Shown here piece by piece: positions 48,757 through 58,191 of a stretch of DNA of 64,000 nt. Source of the DNA: Lachnospiraceae bacterium (lineage in GTDB: Bacteria > Bacillota > Clostridia > Lachnospirales > Lachnospiraceae); the NCBI GenBank assembly GCA_022794255.1, contig JAAWEL010000027.1, positions 1,676-65,675 on the forward strand, in the 5' to 3' direction. The translations under genes were made by a program, and so were the position numbers. A model generated the notes under the pieces. It was not told where the DNA came from. It was given only the letters and a program-made list of their open reading frames with translations, and made no database searches. Position 1 is the stretch's first letter, and each line of letters begins with the position of its first letter.

Positions 48757-50117
48757 ATAAAAAAGTGCCAAAGGTATCCGTTATATTGCCATCCTTAAAC
48801 GTGGCAGAATACATAGAAGCGTGTATGGAAAGTGTGGTTCATCAGACTTTGCAGGATTTGGAGATGATCTGTGTCGATGCAGGTTCCACAGATGGAACAA
48901 GGGAAATCTTAGAAAGATATGCCAGGGAGGATTCCAGAATTGTGGTTTTACACAGCGACACAAAAAGTTACGGCAGGCAGGTAAACATGGGATTAGATCG
49001 TGCCACTGGTGAATATGTAGCCATTCTGGAAACAGATGATTGGATCGAGCCGGATATGTATCAATACTTGTATGACAACGGAGCAGCTGAGAGTCTGGAC
49101 TATGTAGCTTCTGATTTTGACCTGCTATATCGGCTTCAGAACGGGGCGGATTACTTGATCCGGCAACGGTTGTTTCATGGCGATAAGCAGGACTGGTATG
49201 GCCGGATATTGGATTCCGATGAGATAGCCACTCTGCGGTCAGCGGATTATGTGTTGTGGAAGGGGCTCTATAGACGGGAATTTCTCAATTCTCACCATAT
49301 AAGGCTGCATCCGTCTCCCGGAGCGGCTTTTCAGGACATGGGTTTTTTGCAGCAGGTAAAGACCTATGCGAAGCAGGCGAAATATCTGGATAAAAGCTTT
49401 TACCGGTACAGGCAGGACCGGGAGGAGGCCTCGTCAAAGGGGCTGGATGGCCTTCGATATTATGAAAATGAATTTCGGTGGATCAATGGTGAGCTTAGAT
49501 TGTGTCATCTTTTGAATCCTATTCACAGGAAATATTATTATTTTGCCATGAGTATTTCATTCATCACAAAATATGATCAGATTCTTGTAAAATTGAACGG
49601 AGATTGGCAAGATAAGAGACTTGCGGATTCCTGTGAATGGTTCAGCCGTCAGATCTCTGAGGCGGTCCGTATCGGCCTTTTGGATAAAGCCATGTATGGA
49701 AATGAGTTGTGGGAAAGGCTGATGCTTTTACTTGCCTCTCAGGAGGCTTACAGCCAGCTGGTTATGGAGCAGGAAAAGGGGAAACAGGACGGTTTGCAGA
49801 AGCTTTTGGGGAGAATAAAAAATCGTCCGGTTATGATATTCGGATGTGGAATCCGTGGAGAACGGCTGATGTTTTATTGCGACAGTAACCACATAAAAAT
49901 TCACAGTTTTTGTGATAATAATCTGGCGTTGTTTGGTAAAGAAAAGTGTGGCTTTCCTATCCTATCTCCATCTGATTTGAAAAATGAGGCAGATAGTAAG
50001 GATGGGGTGATTTTATTGTCTATGAAAATTGGCCAGGAAGAAGTATACCGACAACTGATCGCAACCGGAATTGAGGATGACCGGATTATCCAATGTCACA
50101 CTAAGGCAGAGATTTAA
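48753..50117 (+). CDS. GT2 glycosyltransferase plus Rossmann-like module
   Basis: VSVILPSLN, ILETDD and SPGAAFQD motifs. Confidence 0.9.
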   Translation: MNKKVPKVSVILPSLNVAEYIEACMESVVHQTLQDLEMICVDAGSTDGTREILERYAREDSRIVVLHSDTKSYGRQVNMGLDRATGEYVAILETDDWIEPDMYQYLYDNGAAESLDYVASDFDLLYRLQNGADYLIRQRLFHGDKQDWYGRILDSDEIATLRSADYVLWKGLYRREFLNSHHIRLHPSPGAAFQDMGFLQQVKTYAKQAKYLDKSFYRYRQDREEASSKGLDGLRYYENEFRWINGELRLCHLLNPIHRKYYYFAMSISFITKYDQILVKLNGDWQDKRLADSCEWFSRQISEAVRIGLLDKAMYGNELWERLMLLLASQEAYSQLVMEQEKGKQDGLQKLLGRIKNRPVMIFGCGIRGERLMFYCDSNHIKIHSFCDNNLALFGKEKCGFPILSPSDLKNEADSKDGVILLSMKIGQEEVYRQLIATGIEDDRIIQCHTKAEI

Positions 50118-50157
50118 AGATTCGATTGCTATCATACCTGATGATTATTTTGATTTT

Positions 50158-50202
50158 ATCTGATGCAACCGATGGGATTGTTGTACGGTGCATCAGATTT
50201 TT
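50158..50202 (+). terminator. intergenic hairpin, possible internal terminator or processing site
   Basis: atctgatgcaaccg...cggtgcatcagat followed by tttt. Confidence 0.5.
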
Positions 50203-50218
50203 CAATAGGAGGTAAGCC

Positions 50219-51583
50219 ATGCCCAAAATTTCTATTATCATGCCATCCTTAAACGTGGCAGATTATATTCGTGAATCAGTGGAAAGTGTGATCAGCCAGA
50301 CATTGACGGACATTGAGATATTATGCATTGATGCCGGTTCTACAGACGGCACTCTTCAAATTTTAGAGAAATATGCCAGGCAGGATCCAAGGATTCAGAT
50401 TATTCATTCGGACAAAAAAAGCTACGGCTATCAGATAAATCTGGGAATTGATATGGCTCTTGGCGAGTATCTTGGGATTGTGGAGACAGATGATTATATT
50501 GCGGCAAATATGTATGAGGAGCTGTATAAGACAGCTGAAGAAAGGAATTTGGATTTTGTAAAGGCAGGCTTTGATGTGTTTGTTACGCCGGGAGCAGAGG
50601 AATCGTATCATCTGAGTGTTTCTCTTCCCGATTGTAATCAGGTTATTTCATCCGAATATTTTACAGAAAGAGAGCTTTCAAGCGATATTTATATATGGAA
50701 CGGTATATATAAGCTGTCGTTTCTGCGGGAACATGGTGTCCGTCTAAATGAAAGCCCGGGGGCGGCATTTCAGGATAGTGGTTTCCGGTATTTGGCAGAC
50801 ATAAATCTGAGACGAGGAATGTTTTTAGATCAGTCTTTTTACCGGTACCGGCGGGATAATGGTTCTTCCTCTACTTATAATCCCAATTGTGTCAAATATA
50901 ATCTGGCAGAATGTAGATATTTGCGCAGACGGATCGAGGAGGATGGAATTACAGAGAGAAAAATCCGCTCCTTTATTGCCCGGGAAACAGTAATGATGGC
51001 ATTGGAGCCTTATCTGACCTTTCGGGGTGTTGGCGAACCGGATGATGGGACGAGGGAAGCGCTGGATGAGTTTCGGAGGATCATCCGGGGAGACAGGGAG
51101 GCAGGACTTCTAAGACAGGAGGAAATGTTTCCGAAGCATTGGCTGGAAATGCGGTTGTTTACGGAAAATCCGGAGGCTTTTGAGGCCTATATCACCATCT
51201 GTGCGGAGGCAAGATATGCACCGTACCGGCATTTTATCAGAAAGATGTCCGGGCAGAAGCAAATCGTGGTGTTTGGGGCCGGGAAGGTGGCTGCCTATGC
51301 CCTTTGCCTGATGCGGATGAACGGAATTGAAACGATTCAGGCTTTCTGTGACAATGACCAGACCAGATGGGGGAGCCAGTATCTGGGGTATGCGATATTG
51401 TCGCCAGAGGAAGCGCTCAGACGATATCCAAAGGCGCATTATCTGATAACTAATCGTGCCCATGGCAGAAAGATCCGGGAACAGATCGGAGGACAGGGGG
51501 TGACAGGGCAAAATGTTTCTGTGTATTCGCTTCCTTTGCTGCCTATGGAGAGTACCAATTATTTTATGAAGCTTTATGAGTAG
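50219..51583 (+). CDS. GT2 glycosyltransferase plus Rossmann-like module
   Basis: ISIIMPSLN, IVETDD and ESPGAAFQD motifs; AGGAGG RBS. Confidence 0.9.
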   Translation: MPKISIIMPSLNVADYIRESVESVISQTLTDIEILCIDAGSTDGTLQILEKYARQDPRIQIIHSDKKSYGYQINLGIDMALGEYLGIVETDDYIAANMYEELYKTAEERNLDFVKAGFDVFVTPGAEESYHLSVSLPDCNQVISSEYFTERELSSDIYIWNGIYKLSFLREHGVRLNESPGAAFQDSGFRYLADINLRRGMFLDQSFYRYRRDNGSSSTYNPNCVKYNLAECRYLRRRIEEDGITERKIRSFIARETVMMALEPYLTFRGVGEPDDGTREALDEFRRIIRGDREAGLLRQEEMFPKHWLEMRLFTENPEAFEAYITICAEARYAPYRHFIRKMSGQKQIVVFGAGKVAAYALCLMRMNGIETIQAFCDNDQTRWGSQYLGYAILSPEEALRRYPKAHYLITNRAHGRKIREQIGGQGVTGQNVSVYSLPLLPMESTNYFMKLYE

Positions 51584-51602
51584 CTGAGAGGATGGATGGA
51601 CA

Positions 51603-54023
51603 ATGATTTCAAAAAATGGCCAATGGAGCGAGTTGCATAGGAGGGCAGAGAAGCTGATATACGAACTGCCTAAGGGGCTGATCAAATGGTATGCATTTAA
51701 AAAAGGCGGACGTGCTTTGTGTATTGCAGTGGATACAAAACGGGATCAGGCATTGACAGAGGCGCTGATGGAAAGCGGGATGGAGACAGAACGGATGATA
51801 ATAAAAAATGCAGGTGATCTTGCCCCCATCTCCCCGGAAAAATACGACATCATTCTCATTGCCGATGCCATCACCCGACTTACAATACCAGAAATCGGGG
51901 GTTTATTAAAGCAGGCCCGAGAGGGGCTTAAAAAGGATGGCAGGCTTTTTGTGTGTGCAGACAACCGTTTCGGAATCCGCTATTTTTGCGGGGATAGAGA
52001 TCCGTTTACAGACCGAAATTTTGACGGTATAGAAAATTACAGACGAATCAGTGACCGGGACCGGGAAAACCAGGCGGGAAGGCTGTATGCCAGGGCGGAG
52101 CTCTCTGACCTGCTTGCTCAATCAGGCTTTACAAATCACCGGTTCTACTCCGTTTTTCCGGATATCATGTGTCCCCAGATCTTGTTTGCGGAGGATTATA
52201 TGCCCGGGGAGGAGTTAAAGATACGGATTTTCCCCCATTATCACAATCCGGATACGGTATTTTTGGAGGAGGAAAATCTGTATACATCTCTGATCCAAAA
52301 CGGCATGTTTCACCCTATGGCCAACGGATTTTTGATTGAGTGCCCGGTGGACGGGCGGTTTGCGGATGCCAATCAGATCACCGTTTCCATGGACCGGGGA
52401 AGGGAAAATGCTTTATACACCGTCATAACCCGCAGCAAAAGAGTGATGAAGCTTCCGGCTTATGAGGAAGGGAAGGGAAAGATTGAAAAGCTTTTGGAGA
52501 ACAACTGTTATCTAAAGCAGCATGGGGTGAAAATGATTGAGGCAGAGACAGAGGGGGATGCATTTGTCATGCCTTATGTGGAAGGAATGCCGCTGGCTAA
52601 GTATTTCCGCCACCTGGCATTGACAGACCGGCCAGAGTTTTTCCGGCAGTTTGACAAATTGTGGAAGCTGATTTTGTCATCCTCGGATCAGGCTTCTTAT
52701 GATAATGTGGATTGGGAACACTTCAACCCCTGGTGGGATGAGGGAAGGGATGAGAAGACGAAAAGCAGAATTGACAGAAGTCAATGGAGAAAGGTTGCCT
52801 TTGGCACAGAGGAGGAGCGGGAAAATCTTGGACCGGTGTTGGAGCGCGGATATCTGGATTTGGTGCTGATCAATGGCTTTGCGATAAAGGATGATTTTGT
52901 ATTTTATGATCAGGAGGTGTATGTGGAGAATCTGCCTGCGAAGGCGATTATGCTGAGGAATATTGATTTTCTCTATCACGGGGATGCACAGCTTCAGAAG
53001 GCTCTGCCAAGGGCGGAGCTTTTAGAGCGGTATGGAATGGAGAAATATCAGGAAATTTACTCGGCCCACATTGGCTATTTTCTTACAAAGCTGCGCAATG
53101 ATGACCTTTTAAGGGATTATCATGAGGCTCACAGGCGCAATGACGAGATCGTCCACTCTAATCGCCAGAGGATGAATTATTCAGCCGGAGAGTATCAGCG
53201 GTTGTTTGTTGATATTTTTAAGAATATGGATAACAGGAAAATATATCTTTTCGGCTCGGGAAAATTTACGAAAAAATTTCTGGCCCTATATAAGGAAGAT
53301 TATGAGATAGCAGGGATCTTGGACAATGACCAGTCAAAATGGGAAAGTGTTATGGAAGGGATTCGGGTTACATCTCCAGAGGTTTTAAAGGGACTGGATG
53401 GCAGCACGTATAAGGTGATTATCTGTATCAAAAATTATACAGGGGTGTTAAGGCAGGTGAGAGGGCTTGGAGCCATAAATATCGGCATTTATGACACCAA
53501 TATGGAATATCCCGGGAGGCAGAGAATGGCGCTTGTTCTGGAAGGGAAGGAGACGAGAGGGGAAGGAAAGACGGCAGGGAAAAAAACAGAGAAAAAGAAG
53601 TATCATGTGGGGTATGTGGCAGGGGTGTTTGATTTGTTTCACATTGGCCATTTGAATCTGCTGCGGCGGGCAAAAGAACAGTGTGACTATCTGATTGCCG
53701 GGGTGGTGACGGATGAGGGAGTGAGAAAGTTTAAAAATACGGAAAGCTTCATTCCCTTTAAGGAGCGCTTAGAGATTGTGGAGGCCTGCAAATATGTGGA
53801 TCAGGCAGTGGGGATACCCCTGGAATTTTATGACACCAAGGATGCTTATCTGAAATTCCAGTTTGATGTGCAGTTTTCGGGAAGTGATTATTCAGAGGAT
53901 CCGGTGTGGCAGAAAAAACGGGAATTTTTGCGGGAGCATGGGGCTGAGTTGGTGTTCTTTCCTTACACAGAGAGCACCAGTTCCACCAATATTAAAGCGA
54001 TGATTGAAAGAAAGCTGATGTGA
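51603..54023 (+). CDS. multidomain protein: degenerate SAM-methyltransferase-like, kinase-like, Rossmann module and TagD-like cytidylyltransferase
   Basis: LKKDGRLF..DNRFGIRYFCG; VMKL..MPYVEG..DLVLIN..YDQE; FGSGKF; GVFDLFHIGH, GSDY and YTESTSST. Confidence 0.75.
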   Translation: MISKNGQWSELHRRAEKLIYELPKGLIKWYAFKKGGRALCIAVDTKRDQALTEALMESGMETERMIIKNAGDLAPISPEKYDIILIADAITRLTIPEIGGLLKQAREGLKKDGRLFVCADNRFGIRYFCGDRDPFTDRNFDGIENYRRISDRDRENQAGRLYARAELSDLLAQSGFTNHRFYSVFPDIMCPQILFAEDYMPGEELKIRIFPHYHNPDTVFLEEENLYTSLIQNGMFHPMANGFLIECPVDGRFADANQITVSMDRGRENALYTVITRSKRVMKLPAYEEGKGKIEKLLENNCYLKQHGVKMIEAETEGDAFVMPYVEGMPLAKYFRHLALTDRPEFFRQFDKLWKLILSSSDQASYDNVDWEHFNPWWDEGRDEKTKSRIDRSQWRKVAFGTEEERENLGPVLERGYLDLVLINGFAIKDDFVFYDQEVYVENLPAKAIMLRNIDFLYHGDAQLQKALPRAELLERYGMEKYQEIYSAHIGYFLTKLRNDDLLRDYHEAHRRNDEIVHSNRQRMNYSAGEYQRLFVDIFKNMDNRKIYLFGSGKFTKKFLALYKEDYEIAGILDNDQSKWESVMEGIRVTSPEVLKGLDGSTYKVIICIKNYTGVLRQVRGLGAINIGIYDTNMEYPGRQRMALVLEGKETRGEGKTAGKKTEKKKYHVGYVAGVFDLFHIGHLNLLRRAKEQCDYLIAGVVTDEGVRKFKNTESFIPFKERLEIVEACKYVDQAVGIPLEFYDTKDAYLKFQFDVQFSGSDYSEDPVWQKKREFLREHGAELVFFPYTESTSSTNIKAMIERKLM

Positions 54024-54084
54024 CAGGAAGGATTAGGCGCCAGGGTGGGAGCTTGAATGGCTTGTTTGTAAGAGGAGATATAGT

Positions 54085-54122
54085 AGGCCGGGAATCTGAA
54101 AAACAGGTTTCCGGCTTTTTTT
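54085..54122 (+). terminator. terminator at the end of the island
   Basis: aggccgggaatctg-aaaaa-caggtttccggctttttt. Confidence 0.8.
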
Positions 54123-54401
54123 CAGGAGACTTACGGAAAGCTAAAGGAAGCCAATGGTTGCCTTGATAAATCCTGTTTTCCGTGATAAGATGAAGATGGG
54201 ATAAAGGAAGTAGATAATCAGGATTATATATTAGTAAAACAAATAAAATGAATAAGATATATTAATTTTATTTATAAAATAACTTGTGATATGATTAGAA
54301 ACCAGGAAACTAGTGCTGAATATACCGGTATTTCGGCAAGTTATTTGGCAAAATTATGAACATGTCAGCACATCACAAAGTGTTTTACAGGAGGACAAAC
54401 A

Positions 54402-57400
54402 ATGAGTGTAAGACGGGTTTTTGTGGAGAAAAAGCCGCAGTTTGCGGTGAAAGCGAAGGAGCTTTCTCAGGAGATCGGAAGCTATTTAAACATTGACACG
54501 GTAAGCAATGTGCGGGTGCTGATCCGGTATGATGTGGAGAATCTGTCGGAGCATGTGTACCGCCAGGCACTGACCACCGTGTTTTCGGAGCCGCCGGTGG
54601 ATTTTGTGTATGAGGAGACATTTCCGGCAGAGGACGGAGACACGGTGTTTTCTGTAGAGTATCTCCCAGGTCAGTTTGACCAGCGGGCGGACTCGGCAGA
54701 GCAGTGTGTAAAGCTTTTGAAGGAGGATGAGGAGCCGGTGATCCACACCGCCACTACCTATGTGCTGACAGGAACTTTGACTGAGGCGCAGATTATGGCG
54801 GTTAAGTCCTTTTGCATCAATCCGGTGGATTCCAGAGAGGCAAAAGAGGACAAGCCAGAAACATTGGTGACAGTTTTTGATACACCAGAGGATGTGGCAT
54901 CGGTTGAGGGCTTTTTAGTATATGGGAAAGAGGAGCTTAAGGGGCTGTATGATTCTTTTAACCTGGCTATGACCTTTAAGGATTTCCTTCATATTCAGAA
55001 ATATTATCAGGAGGAGGAGCTTCGGGATCCTACGGTGACGGAGATCCGGGTTTTGGATACCTACTGGTCTGACCACTGTCGTCACACCACCTTTTCCACA
55101 GAGCTTAAGGATGTAACCATCACAGACGGAGATTATAAAAAGCCGATTCAGAGGGCTTATGAGCAGTATCTTGCGGACAGGGAAACGCTTTATAAAGGGA
55201 GGAAGGACAAGTTTGTCTGCCTGATGGATCTGGCCCTTCTGGCCATGAAAAAGCTTCGGGCTGAGGGAAAACTAGAGGATCTGGAGGAGTCCGAGGAGAT
55301 CAATGCCTGCAGCATTGTGGTTCCGGTAGAGATCGATGGTAAGACAGAGGAGTGGCTGGTGAATTTTAAGAATGAGACACACAATCACCCTACAGAGATT
55401 GAGCCCTTTGGTGGTGCGGCCACCTGCCTTGGAGGTGCGATTCGGGATCCTTTATCCGGGCGGACTTATGTGTACCAGGCTATGCGGATCACCGGGGCGG
55501 CAGACCCAACGGTGTCTCTTGATAAGACCATGAAGGGCAAACTTTCTCAGAAAAAGCTGGTGAGCGGCGCTGCTTCTGGCTACAGCTCCTACGGCAACCA
55601 GATCGGCCTTGCCACCGGATACGTAAAGGAGATCTATCACCCGGATTACGCGGCCAAGAGAATGGAGATCGGGGCGGTCATGGGGGCGGCTCCCAGAAAA
55701 TATGTAAAGAGGATGACCTCGGATCCCGGGGACATCATTGTCCTCTTAGGAGGCAGGACCGGCAGGGACGGAATTGGAGGAGCCACCGGCTCTTCAAAGG
55801 TACACACAGAGGCATCCATTGAAGTTTGCGGAGCTGAGGTGCAGAAGGGAAATGCACCTACAGAGAGAAAGATTCAGCGGTTGTTCCGCCGTCCGGAGGT
55901 CAGCAGCATCATTAAAAAGTGCAATGATTTTGGCGCAGGAGGTGTGTCAGTTGCCATCGGGGAGCTGGCGGCAGGACTTAAAATTGATCTGGATCAGGTG
56001 CCGAAAAAGTATGCAGGGCTGGACGGGACGGAGATTGCCATCTCTGAGTCTCAGGAGCGGATGGCTGTGGTGTTGTCACCGGAGGATGTGGACCGCTTCC
56101 TGACCTGGGCAGGGGAGGAGAACTTAGAGGCAGTTCCGGTGGCTGTGGTGACAGAGGAGCCAAGGCTTGTGATGCACTGGCGGGGAAAGACGATTGTGGA
56201 TATCAGCCGGGCATTTCTGGACACCAATGGGGCACATCAGGAGGCAGAGGTGATCTTAGAGGTTCCCTCCAAAGAGGGAAGTCCTTTTGCGCAAGAGGAT
56301 GTGCCGGATGTGAGAAAAAAATGGCTGGAGGTTCTTTCAAACCTGAATGTATGCTCTCAGAAGGGGCTTGTGGAAATGTTTGACGGTTCCATTGGCGCTG
56401 GTTCCGTGCTTATGCCCTATGGCGGCAGATATCAGCTGACAGAAACCCAGGCCATGGTGGCCAAGCTTCCGGTGCTTTCCGGGACCACAGATACCGTGAC
56501 AATGATGAGCTATGGCTTTGATCCTTACTTGTCTAGCTGGAGTCCTTATCATGGGGCTATCTATGCCGTGACTTCTTCTGTGGCCAAGATTGTGGCATCC
56601 GGCGGAGACTTTAGGAAGATCCGGTTTACCTTCCAGGAATACTTTAAGAGAATGACCGAGGATGCACACCGCTGGGGCGCTCCCTTCGGGGCGCTTTTGG
56701 GGGCTTATGAAGCGCAGCTGGGGTTTGGCCTTCCTTCCATTGGCGGCAAGGACAGTATGTCAGGCACTTTTAATGATGAGCAGCACGGAGAGATCAATGT
56801 GCCGCCTACCCTGGTGTCCTTTGCCGTGGATGTGGCCAGCCATAAGGATATCGTCACGCCGGAGCTTAAAAGGCCGGGAAGTAAGCTTGTGGTGTTTAAG
56901 GTCCCAAAAGATGAATATGATTTGCCTCTTTACGACCAGCTTACAGATGGTTATGGAAAGCTTCTTTTGGACATGCGGGCCGGCCGGGTGATTTCCGCCT
57001 ACGGGGTGGAGCGATTTGGCCTGGCAGAGGCGGTCAGCAAGATGGCTTTTGGCAATAAGCTGGGGGTAAAGATCGAGCATAATGTGGATCCTAGGGATTT
57101 CTTCAAAGCGGCATGGGGAGATATTGTCTGCGAGGTGGCCGAGGGAAAAGTTGGAGAACTGGCCATGACCTACACGGTGATCGGAGAAGTGACAGACCGG
57201 GCGATGCTGGAATATGGCCCGGTGAGCATCTCTCTGGATGAGGCCATTGGCTGCTGGACAGATACTTTGGAGAAGGTGTTCCCCACCCGGTCCGGGGTGG
57301 AGCAGACAGGGGTTTCTCATGACTTATTTAGGGCCGATTCTGTTTATGTGTGCAGTCATAAGCTGGCACGGCCTACCGTGTTTATTCCGGTGTTCCCGGG

Positions 57401-58166
57401 AACTAACTGTGAGTATGACAGCGCCAAAGCTTTTGAGCGGGCCGGAGGGAAGGTAGTGACCCGGGTGTTTAAAAATCTTTCAGCCGGGGATATCCGTCAG
57501 TCGGTGGAGCTATACAAAAAGGAGATTTCCCAGGCTCAGATCCTTATGTTTCCGGGGGGATTTTCGGCAGGTGATGAGCCTGAGGGAAGTGCGAAATTTT
57601 TTGCTGCAGTGTTTCGCAATCCGGTGATCAGGGAGGAGATTGAAAAGCTTCTCACACAGAGGGATGGCTTGATGCTCGGTATCTGCAACGGCTTCCAGGC
57701 ACTTATTAAGTTAGGGCTGGTGCCGGAGGGACGGATTGTGGAGCAGCAGGAAGATACTCCGACTCTGGCCATGAATACCATTGGGCGCCATGTGTCCAAA
57801 ATGGTTTATACCAAGGTGGTTTCCAATAAATCCCCATGGCTTAGTAAGGCTGTTTTAGGTGGAGTGTACTGCAATCCAACGTCCCACGGAGAGGGCCGGT
57901 TTGTGGCAGATAAGCAGTGGCTGAAAAAGCTTTTTGAAAACGGACAGGTGGCCACTCAGTATGTGAATGATCAGGGGGAAGCCACTATGGATGAGTTCTG
58001 GAATCCTAATGGTTCTTATGAGGCTATTGAGGGAATTACCAGCCCCGATGGACGGATCTTTGGAAAGATGGCCCATTCAGAGCGGCGGGGAGAAGCGGTT
58101 GCCATCAATATTTATGGGGAACAGGATATGAAAATTTTTGAGTCGGGAGTGGATTATTTCCGGTAA
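54402..58166 (+). CDS. purL: phosphoribosylformylglycinamidine synthase (fused large type)
   Basis: WSDHCRH, ETHNHPTEIEPFGGA, DFGAGG, SESQERM, FPGTNCE, GICNGFQ and MAHSER motifs. Confidence 0.97.
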   Translation: MSVRRVFVEKKPQFAVKAKELSQEIGSYLNIDTVSNVRVLIRYDVENLSEHVYRQALTTVFSEPPVDFVYEETFPAEDGDTVFSVEYLPGQFDQRADSAEQCVKLLKEDEEPVIHTATTYVLTGTLTEAQIMAVKSFCINPVDSREAKEDKPETLVTVFDTPEDVASVEGFLVYGKEELKGLYDSFNLAMTFKDFLHIQKYYQEEELRDPTVTEIRVLDTYWSDHCRHTTFSTELKDVTITDGDYKKPIQRAYEQYLADRETLYKGRKDKFVCLMDLALLAMKKLRAEGKLEDLEESEEINACSIVVPVEIDGKTEEWLVNFKNETHNHPTEIEPFGGAATCLGGAIRDPLSGRTYVYQAMRITGAADPTVSLDKTMKGKLSQKKLVSGAASGYSSYGNQIGLATGYVKEIYHPDYAAKRMEIGAVMGAAPRKYVKRMTSDPGDIIVLLGGRTGRDGIGGATGSSKVHTEASIEVCGAEVQKGNAPTERKIQRLFRRPEVSSIIKKCNDFGAGGVSVAIGELAAGLKIDLDQVPKKYAGLDGTEIAISESQERMAVVLSPEDVDRFLTWAGEENLEAVPVAVVTEEPRLVMHWRGKTIVDISRAFLDTNGAHQEAEVILEVPSKEGSPFAQEDVPDVRKKWLEVLSNLNVCSQKGLVEMFDGSIGAGSVLMPYGGRYQLTETQAMVAKLPVLSGTTDTVTMMSYGFDPYLSSWSPYHGAIYAVTSSVAKIVASGGDFRKIRFTFQEYFKRMTEDAHRWGAPFGALLGAYEAQLGFGLPSIGGKDSMSGTFNDEQHGEINVPPTLVSFAVDVASHKDIVTPELKRPGSKLVVFKVPKDEYDLPLYDQLTDGYGKLLLDMRAGRVISAYGVERFGLAEAVSKMAFGNKLGVKIEHNVDPRDFFKAAWGDIVCEVAEGKVGELAMTYTVIGEVTDRAMLEYGPVSISLDEAIGCWTDTLEKVFPTRSGVEQTGVSHDLFRADSVYVCSHKLARPTVFIPVFPGTNCEYDSAKAFERAGGKVVTRVFKNLSAGDIRQSVELYKKEISQAQILMFPGGFSAGDEPEGSAKFFAAVFRNPVIREEIEKLLTQRDGLMLGICNGFQALIKLGLVPEGRIVEQQEDTPTLAMNTIGRHVSKMVYTKVVSNKSPWLSKAVLGGVYCNPTSHGEGRFVADKQWLKKLFENGQVATQYVNDQGEATMDEFWNPNGSYEAIEGITSPDGRIFGKMAHSERRGEAVAINIYGEQDMKIFESGVDYFR

Positions 58167-58191
58167 AAATAATTTTGATGGAGAGAATACA

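Noticed and set aside
24148-54354. 13-bp match TATTTGGCAAAAT at 24148-24160 and 54342-54354 as att sites or target duplication of the island
   Set aside because: AT-rich and short enough to be chance; the second copy lies inside the purL upstream region beyond the island terminator. It needs an empty-site genome to test.
25912-54377. CACATCACA shared between the putative guide region (25912-25920) and the purL leader (54369-54377)
   Set aside because: A single 9-mer match across 64 kb on two strands is expected by chance.
54125-54400. Purine or c-di-GMP riboswitch upstream of purL
   Set aside because: No recognisable aptamer core or terminator in the leader; it is an AT-rich promoter region only.
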